A program made the translations under genes and the position numbers. Positions 28,982 through 38,338 of a DNA stretch of 55,830 nucleotides are shown here, piece after piece (position 1 is the first letter of the stretch; each line of letters starts with the position of its first letter). This DNA is from an uncultured archaeon (GTDB taxonomy: Archaea > Hadarchaeota > Hadarchaeia > Hadarchaeales > WYZ-LMO6), in NCBI GenBank assembly GCA_938074535.1, contig CALJER010000009.1, positions 1 through 55,830 of the forward strand, in the 5' to 3' direction. The notes beneath the pieces are model-generated. The model saw only the letters and a list, made by a program, of their open reading frames with translations. It did not search any database and was not told the origin of the DNA.

Positions 28982-30556
28982 TTGAAGTTTGAGGTGGAGA
29001 GGATAAAGGCCCAGGCCGAGGAGGATTTCGAGAGGGCCTGGAGGGAGAGCAGGAGGCTCCTGAGGGAGGAGAAGGGTTCCCACCGCCACGCCAGGAAGAC
29101 CAGGACCCACCCCCTCATGGACCTGCTGGTGGAGGTGAGGAAGGTGCTGCTGGAGGAGGGGTTCGCGGAGGTGGTCCTGCCCATGATCGTGGAGTCGTCG
29201 GAGGTGGTGAAGCAGTACGGGCCGGAGGCGCCGGTGATCCTGGACAGGGTCTTCTTCCTGGCGGGTCTGGAAAGGCCGGACATAGGCATGAGCAGGAAGG
29301 AGAGGGAGGCCGTGCGGAGGCTGGTTCCCGGCTTCAACAGGTTCGAGGAGCTCCAGTCCCTCCTGAGGAGGTACAAGAAGGGGGAGGTGAGCGCCGACGA
29401 CCTGCTGGAAGCGATGGTGGAGGAGCTGGGGGTTTCAGAGGAGGAGGCCTCCAGCATCGTGCAGGGAATCTTCCCCAAGTTCAGGGAGATGAAGCCCGTC
29501 CCCTCCACCCTCTCCCTCCGCTCCCACACCACCTCCCTCTGGTTCCCGGCCCTGGCTGAGTTCCTGAAGAGGGAGCCGCTGCCCGTCCAGCTCTTCTCCA
29601 TAGGGCCTAAGTTCAGGAGGGAGCAGAGGCTGGACAGGACCCACCTCTACGAGTCCTGGACCGCTTCCCTGGTGGAGATGGACGAGGACCTCTCCCTGGA
29701 GGACGGGAAGGAGGTCACCAGGAGGATCTTCAAAAGGCTGGGGTTCGGGGAGGTGGAGCTCAGGATGAAGGGAGCCACCTCCAAGTACTACGCTCCAGGG
29801 ATGGAGTTCGAGGTCTTCCTCACCTCCAGGGGTGAGGAGGTGGAGGTGGCGGACGGGGGAATGTACAGCCCCGTGGCCCTCAGCCGCTACGGCATCCCCT
29901 ACCCCGTTTTCAACCTAGGGATAGGGCTGGAGAGGCTCCTGATGATCAGGATGGGGGAGGGGGACGTGAGGAGGCTGGTCTATCCCTACCTCTACGCCGA
30001 GCCCTCCTTTTCCGATCGGGAGCTGGCGGGGATGGTGAGGGTGGGGGAGCAGCCCCTGACGGAGGAGGGAAGGAGGATAGCGGAAGCCATCCTGAAGGGG
30101 GCCAGGGAGCACGCCGATGCTCCCAGTCCCTGTGAGTTCGAGGTCTACAGGGGGGAGGTGGGGGGGAGGAGGGTGGTGGTGAAGCTGGTGGAGCCGGAGG
30201 AGGGGACGAAGCTCATAGGACCCGCAGGCTTCAACACCCTCTACATCTTCGACGGCAACCTGGTGGGGGTTCCCCCAGAGGGATGGAAGGACGACGAGTT
30301 CCTCCGGAAGGTGAGGAGGGAGGGAGTGGACACGGGCATCACCTACATGGGTGCGCTGGCCTCGCTGGCAGCCCGCAGGATAGAGGAGGCAGCGGAGGAG
30401 GGAAAACCGGTGAAGGTGAGGGTGAGGAACGTGAAGTCGCCCTCCGACATCAATGTAGTGGTGGAGGAGGTGGCGCAGCGCTACCTGACCTCCAGAAGGA
30501 AGAGGGTGGACGTGAGGGGTCCGATGTTCACCACCGTTACGGCTGAGTTCGCTTAG
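28982..30556 (+). CDS. sepS: O-phosphoseryl-tRNA(Cys) synthetase
   Basis: QYGPEA..ILDR.F.LAGL.RPDIG, RSHTT, FRREQ..D.THL, SKYYAP, GLERL, SPCEF, GPA; TTG start. Confidence 0.93.
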   Translation: MKFEVERIKAQAEEDFERAWRESRRLLREEKGSHRHARKTRTHPLMDLLVEVRKVLLEEGFAEVVLPMIVESSEVVKQYGPEAPVILDRVFFLAGLERPDIGMSRKEREAVRRLVPGFNRFEELQSLLRRYKKGEVSADDLLEAMVEELGVSEEEASSIVQGIFPKFREMKPVPSTLSLRSHTTSLWFPALAEFLKREPLPVQLFSIGPKFRREQRLDRTHLYESWTASLVEMDEDLSLEDGKEVTRRIFKRLGFGEVELRMKGATSKYYAPGMEFEVFLTSRGEEVEVADGGMYSPVALSRYGIPYPVFNLGIGLERLLMIRMGEGDVRRLVYPYLYAEPSFSDRELAGMVRVGEQPLTEEGRRIAEAILKGAREHADAPSPCEFEVYRGEVGGRRVVVKLVEPEEGTKLIGPAGFNTLYIFDGNLVGVPPEGWKDDEFLRKVRREGVDTGITYMGALASLAARRIEEAAEEGKPVKVRVRNVKSPSDINVVVEEVAQRYLTSRRKRVDVRGPMFTTVTAEFA

Positions 30557-30639
30557 TCCCTTATCCCATTTTTCTGGAAACGTGCCCTCTCGGAAGGCCG
30601 GCATGCCGCTTTCGGGTTGGGTGGAGTGCGGTAGTGTTG

Positions 30640-30651
30640 AAAGAATTATAA
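30640..30651 (+). promoter_or_regulatory. BRE/TATA promoter of the 30673 gene
   Basis: Purine run followed by TTATAA about 22-27 nt upstream of GTG 30673, flanked by imperfect inverted repeat GTAGT...ACTAC. Confidence 0.55.
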
Positions 30652-30672
30652 GTCCTTGATACTACTTCTATC

Positions 30673-31857
30673 GTGCCAAAAATACTTGTCCTTGGAGGAG
30701 CAGGTCACATCGGTTCAGCAATAGTCTCCGAACTGCGTAGTCTGGACCCATCCTCGGAAATAACCATCGCTGACAAAAACGTTGAGAAAGCTGAAGAGAT
30801 AGCGGAGACAGTCGGCGGCAGCGTAAAAGTTTTGCAGGTTGATGCCGCATCCGAAGCTTTGGTGGATGCCATAAGGGGTTTTGACGTGGCCGTTAGCGCA
30901 CTGGGCCCCTTTTACAAGTTTGGTGTTCCAGTCCTGAAGGCCGCTTTGAGGGCCGGCGTTAACTTCGTCGACATAAATGATGATTACGACGCCACGGAAG
31001 AAGCCTTAAAACTCCATGGAGAGGCGCAGGAGAGGAGGGTTACGGCCCTCATCGGAATGGGAGCAACACCGGGAATAACAAACCTTCTGGCCCGTCATGG
31101 GGCGCAAAAGCTGGATGAGGTTTCCGACATTGGAACCTACTGGGTTTGGACAGCCATAGATCCCACCATGGGGCCGGCCATCATAGACCACTATTTCCAC
31201 GCCATAACGGGCATGATTCCAACCTATAAAAACGGGGAGTGGATCAGGGTTAGAGCCCTTTCAGAGCCGGAACACTACGAGTTTCCAGAGCCTGTGGGTA
31301 CGTGGGAAGTTGCTCATGCGGGCCATCCCGAGCCCGTCACAATACCGAGGTACATCAAAGTCAAAAATGTCTGCAATAAGGGAGGGATCTGGCCCTCAGA
31401 CCTAAACGAGATAGCAAAGGTTTTCTCGACTCTTGAGCTGACGAGCCTGAAGGAAATAAAGATAGGCGGACATGTTTTTAAGGCCAGAGAGGTTGCTTTG
31501 GGCATAACCCTGGCGCTGTTCGAGATAACGCCCCCCGAAGCGATGGAGAAGTCAATTGGGCCCCTTTACGAGCGCTTAGGTGACTACGCTCTGAGAGGTC
31601 TCGGCCTGGCAGTGGTTGTTAGAGGTGTTAAGGAAGGAGGGGAACGCGTCCTCAAATATGGCATAGCATGCAAAGACGCAGCGAAAGCCACAGCCCTGCC
31701 AGCGGCGCTGGCTGCCCTGGAGCTTGCAGGGACAGAAGGGGTTAGGGCGGGAGTCTATCCACCGGAGGCCAACGTACTCAGCGTTGAGAAGCTCGTCAGC
31801 GATATCAGAAAAGAGATCGAAATAGAATTGATCGAAACAGAAATCAAAACCCTCTAG
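30673..31857 (+). CDS. Saccharopine dehydrogenase-like NAD(P)-dependent oxidoreductase
   Basis: LGGAGHIG Rossmann motif, GPFYKFG, VDINDD, GMGATPG, HPEP. Confidence 0.88.
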   Translation: MPKILVLGGAGHIGSAIVSELRSLDPSSEITIADKNVEKAEEIAETVGGSVKVLQVDAASEALVDAIRGFDVAVSALGPFYKFGVPVLKAALRAGVNFVDINDDYDATEEALKLHGEAQERRVTALIGMGATPGITNLLARHGAQKLDEVSDIGTYWVWTAIDPTMGPAIIDHYFHAITGMIPTYKNGEWIRVRALSEPEHYEFPEPVGTWEVAHAGHPEPVTIPRYIKVKNVCNKGGIWPSDLNEIAKVFSTLELTSLKEIKIGGHVFKAREVALGITLALFEITPPEAMEKSIGPLYERLGDYALRGLGLAVVVRGVKEGGERVLKYGIACKDAAKATALPAALAALELAGTEGVRAGVYPPEANVLSVEKLVSDIRKEIEIELIETEIKTL

Positions 31858-32059
31858 TGACGTCGAAGGATAATTGAGGGAAGGTGGGGCTTTTTGGGAG
31901 AGGAATGTATAAGCGCCCCTCCGCCGGAAACAACGCAAGCTTTTAGCTCGGGAGAAAAGGGCGAGAGGGACCGCGGGATGGCTAAGAGTTGGAAGGTGTT
32001 TGCCTGCATCCCTACGGGAGGAAGGCGGTCTCAGAGGGTCAGGTCCTGGCTCCGCTGGG

Positions 32060-32878
32060 TCACCGGAAGTACCTGCGGAGGCTCTCCATTCCCCTCCTGG
32101 CCGCCTCCACTGGACGTTCTGGATCCCAGAGCTCGGCTATGACCATCCCCCTGTAGCCCGCTTCATGCAGAGAGGAGGAGAGGGAGGAAAAATCGATTTC
32201 CCCTTCACCTGGCACCAGGTGGTCGTCGTCCCCTCCCCTGTTGTCGTGAACGTGAACGTGCAGAAGGCTCTTCCCCATGGCCCTGATGTGGGAGCGCACG
32301 TCGAGTTTCCTCCCCTCAGCCCTCTCCCTCAGGTTCGCGTGCCCCACATCGTAGGTTATCCACGCCCCCGCCTCCTCCACCACCTCCCTCAGCTCCCCCG
32401 GTGTCGAGAAGGGGCTGGAGATGGTCATCCCGTTCTCCACGGTCAGCTTCACCCCCACCTCCCTCGCCCGGGAGGTCAGGGAGCGCAGGAGGGAGAGGCA
32501 CTTCTTCTTGCTCAGCTCGAAGAACTCGCTGGTGGGCACCCTGCTGGATCCCGTGTGCACCACCACCACCTCTCCGCCCAGGAGCCTGCAGGCCTCCATT
32601 CCCCTCTCGGCAAGCCTGCGGTTGAGCTCGAACACTTCCGGCAGGTGGCTTACTGGGTTCAGGTCCACGAAGCTGGTGTGGACGGAGGGCTCCAATCCCC
32701 TTTCCTCCAGCTCCCTCCCGAGGTCCCTCAGCCTTTCCCGGTCCTCCTCCCACCTCAGGGAGAAGTGGGGGACCTCGTAGATCACCTCCAGGCACTCGTA
32801 CCCCAGCTCCTGGACCAGGGGCAGGGCCTCCTCCAGTTTCCCCTTCACGAAGAGCAGGCTGGAGAGCCCGAGCTTCAT
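32060..32878 (-). CDS. Sugar phosphate isomerase/epimerase (AP endonuclease 2 TIM barrel)
   Basis: VH, VEN, DVGHA, HVHDN...DH..PGEG.IDF, AE. Confidence 0.88.
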   Translation of the reverse strand: MKLGLSSLLFVKGKLEEALPLVQELGYECLEVIYEVPHFSLRWEEDRERLRDLGRELEERGLEPSVHTSFVDLNPVSHLPEVFELNRRLAERGMEACRLLGGEVVVVHTGSSRVPTSEFFELSKKKCLSLLRSLTSRAREVGVKLTVENGMTISSPFSTPGELREVVEEAGAWITYDVGHANLRERAEGRKLDVRSHIRAMGKSLLHVHVHDNRGGDDDHLVPGEGEIDFSSLSSSLHEAGYRGMVIAELWDPERPVEAARRGMESLRRYFR

Positions 32879-32941
32879 CTGGAAGGCATCATCTCCCGGT
32901 GTTTAAATAGTATCTCGGGCAGAGGTGCGTCTGTTTGCTGG

Positions 32942-34108
32942 TCAGAAGCGCCTGGGAACCTCTCTGGGCCATCCCCTGAAGAGGAGGAAGGAGAGGGGAG
33001 CCCCGCAGAGGAAGAGGAGGAAGGAGGCCCACATCACTGAAGGGGGGGAGAGGGAGTAGAGGTAGCCGCCCGCTGCGGTTCCCAGGGAGGAGCCGAGGTA
33101 GAAGGAGAGGTCCACGAAAGCCTCCGCCCTCCCCCTCAGGGCCTGAGGTGTGAGGAGGGCCACCGAGCCCCTTTCCACCCCGTAGGTGAGGGAGCCGCAC
33201 AGGTTGATGATGATAAGGGAGAGGAAAATCCCCGAAACGGAGCGGGTGAGGACGAGGAGGGGGGAGAGGCTCTCCAGCAAGAGCAGGTGGCTGTAGAGGA
33301 AGGAGAGAGGCGCCTGGCCGAGCCTCCGGCTGAGGGGGAGGGCCAGAGGGTAGGCAAGAGAGGAAAGGGCCAGGGCCAGTCCGAACTCCGCAAAGCTCAT
33401 CAGCTCCAAGTCTCTCACCGCGTACAGCACCAGGAAGAAGTTGAACATGGCGAGGGCGCTGATGAGGAGGAGGATCCTGAGCAGGATCAGGCCCTTAAGC
33501 AGCCTGTGGAGGGAGAGGAAGTCCCTCAGGGGGTTCCATACCGTTTTTCTCCTTACCTGCAGGGTTTCGGTGAGCGACCAGGACCTAACCACCGCCGCGG
33601 CCAGGATCACGGTACCACCGGCCAGGAAGGCCGTCCTGAGCCCGGGTAAGCCCCAAGTGTCCCTCATCATCCCCCCCAGCACGGGAGAAAGGGAGTAGGG
33701 CAGGTGCTCAGCCACCACGGCCAGCGTGAACATCCCCAGCAGGCCCTTCCTGGCGGAGTCCATGATCATGGCGTTGAAGGAGGGGAAGTAGAAGTAGGCG
33801 GCTCCCTCCAGCAGGGCGGCCACCACGAGGTCGAAGGTACCGCGGGCCAGGGAGTAGAGGAGGAGGGAAAGACCGAGGAGGGCGGTGCCCCACACGATGG
33901 GCCTCTTCCTTCCCAGCCTGTCCGCCGCCAGCCCCCCCGCCAAGAAGGAAAAGACGCAGACGAGGCTCCGCAGGGAGCTGATCATGCCAGCGGTCAGCGG
34001 ATTCCCGGTGAGGGAATAAGCGTACTCGGAGAAGTAGGGGTAGGCCAGGCCCACCGAGAAGCTGACGACGGCGGCGGAGAGGAGGAGAACCCTGACGTTG
34101 TTCCTCAT
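32942..34108 (-). CDS. MFS transporter
   Basis: GGLAADRLGRK motif A; about 12 TM segments. Confidence 0.88.
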   Translation of the reverse strand: MRNNVRVLLLSAAVVSFSVGLAYPYFSEYAYSLTGNPLTAGMISSLRSLVCVFSFLAGGLAADRLGRKRPIVWGTALLGLSLLLYSLARGTFDLVVAALLEGAAYFYFPSFNAMIMDSARKGLLGMFTLAVVAEHLPYSLSPVLGGMMRDTWGLPGLRTAFLAGGTVILAAAVVRSWSLTETLQVRRKTVWNPLRDFLSLHRLLKGLILLRILLLISALAMFNFFLVLYAVRDLELMSFAEFGLALALSSLAYPLALPLSRRLGQAPLSFLYSHLLLLESLSPLLVLTRSVSGIFLSLIIINLCGSLTYGVERGSVALLTPQALRGRAEAFVDLSFYLGSSLGTAAGGYLYSLSPPSVMWASFLLFLCGAPLSFLLFRGWPREVPRRF

Positions 34109-35238
34109 CCTCTCACCAGGCGGAGGAGGAAGGGTAGGGAGAGGAGCTCGGCCGCGACGGAGAAGGCGGCGAGCAGGAGGGGGGAGGGGTAGAGCAGGCC
34201 CATCAGGGCATTGCCCGCGAAGCCCGAGAGCCCGTAGAGGGAGGAGAAGAGCCCGTAGGCGGTACCCCTCTTCGCGGAGGGAACCACCTCACCCACGGCG
34301 GCCCTCATCACCGTCTCCTGCGTGCCCATGGCCGCCCCCCAGAACACCACGCCTACGAGGCCCGCCGCCCTCCCCCCCAGCAGGAAGGCCAGGGGGGCGA
34401 CGGGGAGGGAGAGGAGGGGAACGAGGAGGAGAGAGGAGAGGCCCTTCCGGTCGTAGGTCCTTCCCGCCCAGAGGGCCAGGAGGGCGTCCGTGCCCATGGC
34501 AAGGGCGAAGAGGAGGGGGATTTCGGTGTCGGAGAAGGAGGAGGTGAGGCGGTAGGCCAGAAGGGGGAAGGTCAGGAAACCGCAGGTGGAGAGGACCACG
34601 AAGAGGAGGTAGAGCCTGAAGCTGCCAGGGATCCCTCCCCTTCCCCCCCTCTCCAGCCTCGAGGGATGGGGATAGAGCCTCCAGCTCAGGAGGAGGAAGA
34701 CCAGCAGGAGGAGGGCAGGGAAGAAGAGAGGGGTGAAGGCCCCCCTGTACCCCCTGAGGGAGAGCAGGAGGGCGAGGAAGAGGGGGCCGATCACCGCTCC
34801 CACCTGGTCCAGGGCCTCGTGGAGGGCGAAGCCCCATCCCCTCCCCACCCGGGAGGCCGCATGGGAGAGGATGGCGTCCCTAGGAGGAGTCCTCACGGCC
34901 TTTCCCGTCCTCTCCACCAGCAGGAGGAGGACGGCCAGCTCCCAGGAGCCTGCCAGACCTAGGAGGGGAAGAAGGAGGAGGGGGAGGTAGCCCGCCACCG
35001 TTAGTGGCCAGTATCCCCAGCGGTCCGAGAGGTAGCCGGAGAGGGGGCGGAGGCCGTACCCCAGGAACTCACCCAGGCCGGAGGCAGCCCCAACCACGGC
35101 GGCGCTCGCCCCCAGGGAGGCCAAGAAGGGACCGGCCACGCCCCTGACCCCCTCGTACACCACGTCCCCCAGCAGGCTCACCAGACCCAGCAGGAGGATG
35201 AGCCTCAGGGCCCTCTTCTTGGTTTCCGGCACCTTCAC
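34105..35238 (-). CDS. MFS transporter
   Basis: GYLSDRWG, ERTGKAVRTPPRDA, RGTAYG. Confidence 0.9.
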   Translation of the reverse strand: MKVPETKKRALRLILLLGLVSLLGDVVYEGVRGVAGPFLASLGASAAVVGAASGLGEFLGYGLRPLSGYLSDRWGYWPLTVAGYLPLLLLPLLGLAGSWELAVLLLLVERTGKAVRTPPRDAILSHAASRVGRGWGFALHEALDQVGAVIGPLFLALLLSLRGYRGAFTPLFFPALLLLVFLLLSWRLYPHPSRLERGGRGGIPGSFRLYLLFVVLSTCGFLTFPLLAYRLTSSFSDTEIPLLFALAMGTDALLALWAGRTYDRKGLSSLLLVPLLSLPVAPLAFLLGGRAAGLVGVVFWGAAMGTQETVMRAAVGEVVPSAKRGTAYGLFSSLYGLSGFAGNALMGLLYPSPLLLAAFSVAAELLSLPFLLRLVRG

Positions 35239-35626
35239 CCTCTTTTTTGGGAATATAGGAGCTTTTTCTTTGAGGTTCGGTTTCAGTGCGGGATTTCCAA
35301 GTTGGTTGTAGAGGAGAAAGTGAGCTAGAATCCATTCCCCGGCTGCTCCTTCATCTGGAAAGGAAAAACAATGAGTTGTTTCATGCTGATATCCCTCAGT
35401 CCCCCGGGCGAAGTCATGTTCTTACCAAATGGAGGGGCGTTACAAAAGTGCAGCGCTTCTTCCCGCACAGAAATCAAGTTTTTGCGGCCAGAAACCCTGT
35501 ACTGGTAGCGATGTTTGGAAAAAGGAAAATTTCACCGGTATATCTCCAGCGCCCGCAATCGGATTCGAATAGCGAGGAGAACCGCATGCAGTTGGCGGTG
35601 TTACCAATTTCGAACAATTGAGTTCG

Positions 35627-36298
35627 TCACTTGCTGGGCGCGGAAAGGTTATCTCTTGGTCCAATGACGCTGTAAGTATCTACCAGATGTAACAATTCCA
35701 GCACGAAATCTTTCCTCCGGTAATCTTTTGAACTCGGATCCTTCAAATATCTGATTAAATCGTTTAGAATGTGGGGTATTTCTATTACAAACACGCCTTT
35801 TTCTCTTAAGGTCTCGATGACCTCCCCTTTCCTTATTTTCCTACTCCCCATGGTGTGCTCTTCATGCAGGTGTGGACAGACGAGCACTCTTCCGAAATCC
35901 TCCGAGCCAAATATCTCTTTTCCCTTCTCGTAGACCTCCTCTTTTAAAAAAGTGTTTTTCAACTCCCGCCTCGGAATTGTTTTTGGAACAAATTTTTTCC
36001 CTTTCATCAATTCAATATCACTAGAAAGCCTTCCAAGAAGATCGTATGAAGCTCCGGGGTATTCAAACCATCCTTTACATTCAACCAGCAGATTCTTCGG
36101 TAGTTCGCCAGGTTCGAAGGGAATCGAAACTTTGTCCAATTTGGGGTGCGTACAAATCAAATCTATATCCATAGGGGTCGTTGCTTTGACGCTTTCCCTG
36201 CTAGGCCTAACTGGAATCGAAGTATCGGTGTGGTACCCCAGTTTTTTTGAAAACCAACATCGGGTGATTTCAACGACCGCATTTAAGGGTACCGGCAT
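35627..36298 (-). CDS. Hypothetical protein, PD-(D/E)xK nuclease-like, in low-GC islet
   Basis: 223 aa from ATG 36298; DIDLIC...LLVECKG; TTAAAAA box about 24-30 nt upstream; the longer ORF-track start overlaps the LUD gene. Confidence 0.7.
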   Translation of the reverse strand: MPVPLNAVVEITRCWFSKKLGYHTDTSIPVRPSRESVKATTPMDIDLICTHPKLDKVSIPFEPGELPKNLLVECKGWFEYPGASYDLLGRLSSDIELMKGKKFVPKTIPRRELKNTFLKEEVYEKGKEIFGSEDFGRVLVCPHLHEEHTMGSRKIRKGEVIETLREKGVFVIEIPHILNDLIRYLKDPSSKDYRRKDFVLELLHLVDTYSVIGPRDNLSAPSK

Positions 36299-36384
36299 AC
36301 TGCTTTTACTTCGGGGGCACTTTTTTAAGCCTTCGGGAATGTGGTTTTGCCCTTCAGGTTGCTCAAAACAGGTACCGCGAAAAG

Positions 36385-37641
36385 CTACGGTTGGGGCCTC
36401 CTCTCCCCGAACGGATTCCCCGTCTTCCGTATGTTCTCCGCCACCGAAATGTGGGGAGGTAGCACGAGCCCCCTCTCGCATGCCTCCGCCCTCAGCCTCT
36501 CGATGATGCTGGGAAAGTCTATGGAGCCGGGGCAGATCTCCCTGCAGGCCCCGCAGCCCGTGCAGGCGAAGAGTCCCGCCCTTACCGCCTCCTCCGGGCC
36601 CAGCACGAACCAGGTCCTCACCACCCCTACGGGCCCCGCCCCCACCCTGGAGGAGAAGGCCTGGGCCGCCTCCAGCAGGACGGGACAGACCGAGAGGCAG
36701 GCCCCGCAGTTGCAGCAGTAGAGCACCTCCTCCAGCCCCATCCTCACGGCCTCCCTCCTCCATCCGTCCAGCAGGACCACGTGCACCTCCTTCGCCCCGT
36801 GCATCCCGAACTGCTCTATCCCCATCACGTCCGCCGTCCTTGAGGGTCCCCTGATGAAGGAGTGGTAGGCCCCCGTCACCGTGAGGAAGGCCTCGCAGGT
36901 CTTCATCACCGTGGCCGCATCCTCCAGCGTAGGCACGATCTTCTCTATTCCCGCCACCGCCAGGTGCTTCTCAGGCAGTCTGGTGATGAGGCTGATGTTC
37001 CCCTCGTTCTCCACCAGCCCCACCGCCCCCTCCTCCGCCGCGATGGCGTTGGCCCCTGTGAGGCCGACCTTCGCCTCCAGGATCCTCTCCCTGAGCCTGA
37101 GCCTGGAGGCCTTGATGATCTCCTCCACGTCGGGCGGCAGTTCCCTCCCCACCTCCCTGGAGAGGGCCCTGGCCACTTCCTCCAGCGTGAGGTGAACGGC
37201 CGGGCCAACCGGGTGCAGCGGTTCTTCCCCGGCCAGCTGGATGATCCTGTCGCCCAGGTCGGTCTCCACCACCTCCACCCCCCTCTCCTCCAGCCTCTCC
37301 ACCAGGTCCAGCTCCTTCAGGGTGTTGGACTTCGACTTCACCACCACCCTCTCATCACCCATCTGCTTCAGCAGGTAGTCCACCGCTTCGCCCCCCCTTC
37401 GGGCTTCGAATACCTCGCACCCCACCGCCCTCAGTGAGTCCTTCGCCAGCCCCACCAGCTCCTCCAGCCTCCCCACCGCGCCCTCCTTGATCCTCCTGTA
37501 CCTCTCCATCATCTTCCTGAGCCTTCCACCGTCTGCCCTCAGCCTGGAGAGGACCACCGAGGCAATCACCTTCAGCGTTTCCGCCCTTCCCCCCTCCATC
37601 CCCCTCCTGAGCCTTTCCCCGGTCTCCTCGTACAGGCCCAT
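36385..37641 (-). CDS. LUD-domain (LutB/LldF-like) protein with 2x[4Fe-4S]
   Basis: VKSKS, ETDLGD, TGAN, ENEGN, GPSRTAD, CCNCGAC..CP, CTGCGAC..CP. Confidence 0.9.
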   Translation of the reverse strand: MGLYEETGERLRRGMEGGRAETLKVIASVVLSRLRADGGRLRKMMERYRRIKEGAVGRLEELVGLAKDSLRAVGCEVFEARRGGEAVDYLLKQMGDERVVVKSKSNTLKELDLVERLEERGVEVVETDLGDRIIQLAGEEPLHPVGPAVHLTLEEVARALSREVGRELPPDVEEIIKASRLRLRERILEAKVGLTGANAIAAEEGAVGLVENEGNISLITRLPEKHLAVAGIEKIVPTLEDAATVMKTCEAFLTVTGAYHSFIRGPSRTADVMGIEQFGMHGAKEVHVVLLDGWRREAVRMGLEEVLYCCNCGACLSVCPVLLEAAQAFSSRVGAGPVGVVRTWFVLGPEEAVRAGLFACTGCGACREICPGSIDFPSIIERLRAEACERGLVLPPHISVAENIRKTGNPFGERRPQP

Positions 37642-37642
37642 C

Positions 37643-38338
37643 TCATCCCTCCATCAGCTCCCTCACCAGCATGGAGAGGTCCTTCACCTCCATCCTCCCC
37701 TCTGCGGCCTCCCTCAGGTGGTGGTAGCAGAAGGGGCAGGAAGTGACCAGGAGCTGGGCACCTGCTTCCAGAGCGTCCCCCACCCTGCTGCGCGACACTG
37801 CCGAAGAGAGCTCCCGGAAGGCCGACCTCACCCCTCCCCCCGCCCCGCAGCATCGGGAGAACTCGCGGGAGAGGGACATCTCCAAGAGCTCCAGCCCGGG
37901 CACGCTTTTCAGGATCTCCCTGGGCTCCTCATAAAGCCCCCATTCCCTCCCCAGGTGGCAGGAGTCGTGGTAGGTGGCTTTCACCTCCCTTCTCCCCAGC
38001 CTCAGTCTCCCCTCCACAAGCAGGCCGCGGAGGAGCTGGGTGAGGTGCAGCACCTCCACCCCTGGCAGGGAGTACTCCCTGCGGAAGGTCGAGTAGCAGC
38101 CTGGGCAGGCCGTCAGGAGCCTCCTCACCCCCAGCCTGGAGAACTCCTCCTCGTTCCTCCTCCTCACCTCCTCCGCCTCCTCCACCTGCCCCGTCCTGAA
38201 GAGCACGGAGCCGCAGCAGGTCTCTCGATCGAAGAGGCGGAAGGGCAGGCTCACCTTCCTGAGGATCTCCACCGTGGCCTCCGCTATTCCCCTCTCCCTG
38301 AAGGTGCTCATGCACCCCCTGAAGAACCAGAGCTCCAC
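37643..38338 (-). CDS. CCG-domain Fe-S protein (GlcF/HdrB/LutA-like)
   Basis: FRGC, CCG, CPGC, YHDSCHLGR, CCGAGGG, CPFC. Confidence 0.9.
   Translation of the reverse strand: MELWFFRGCMSTFRERGIAEATVEILRKVSLPFRLFDRETCCGSVLFRTGQVEEAEEVRRRNEEEFSRLGVRRLLTACPGCYSTFRREYSLPGVEVLHLTQLLRGLLVEGRLRLGRREVKATYHDSCHLGREWGLYEEPREILKSVPGLELLEMSLSREFSRCCGAGGGVRSAFRELSSAVSRSRVGDALEAGAQLLVTSCPFCYHHLREAAEGRMEVKDLSMLVRELMEG

Noticed and set aside
31980-32060. TPP riboswitch-like words on the minus strand (ACCTGA, CTGAGA, CGTAGGGA)
   Set aside because: Motifs are in the wrong order and lie downstream of a gene, between convergent genes.
35286-35664. ORFs 35286..35621 (+) and 35440..35664 (-)
   Set aside because: No motifs, start signals or consistent codon bias; treated as non-coding or decayed sequence.
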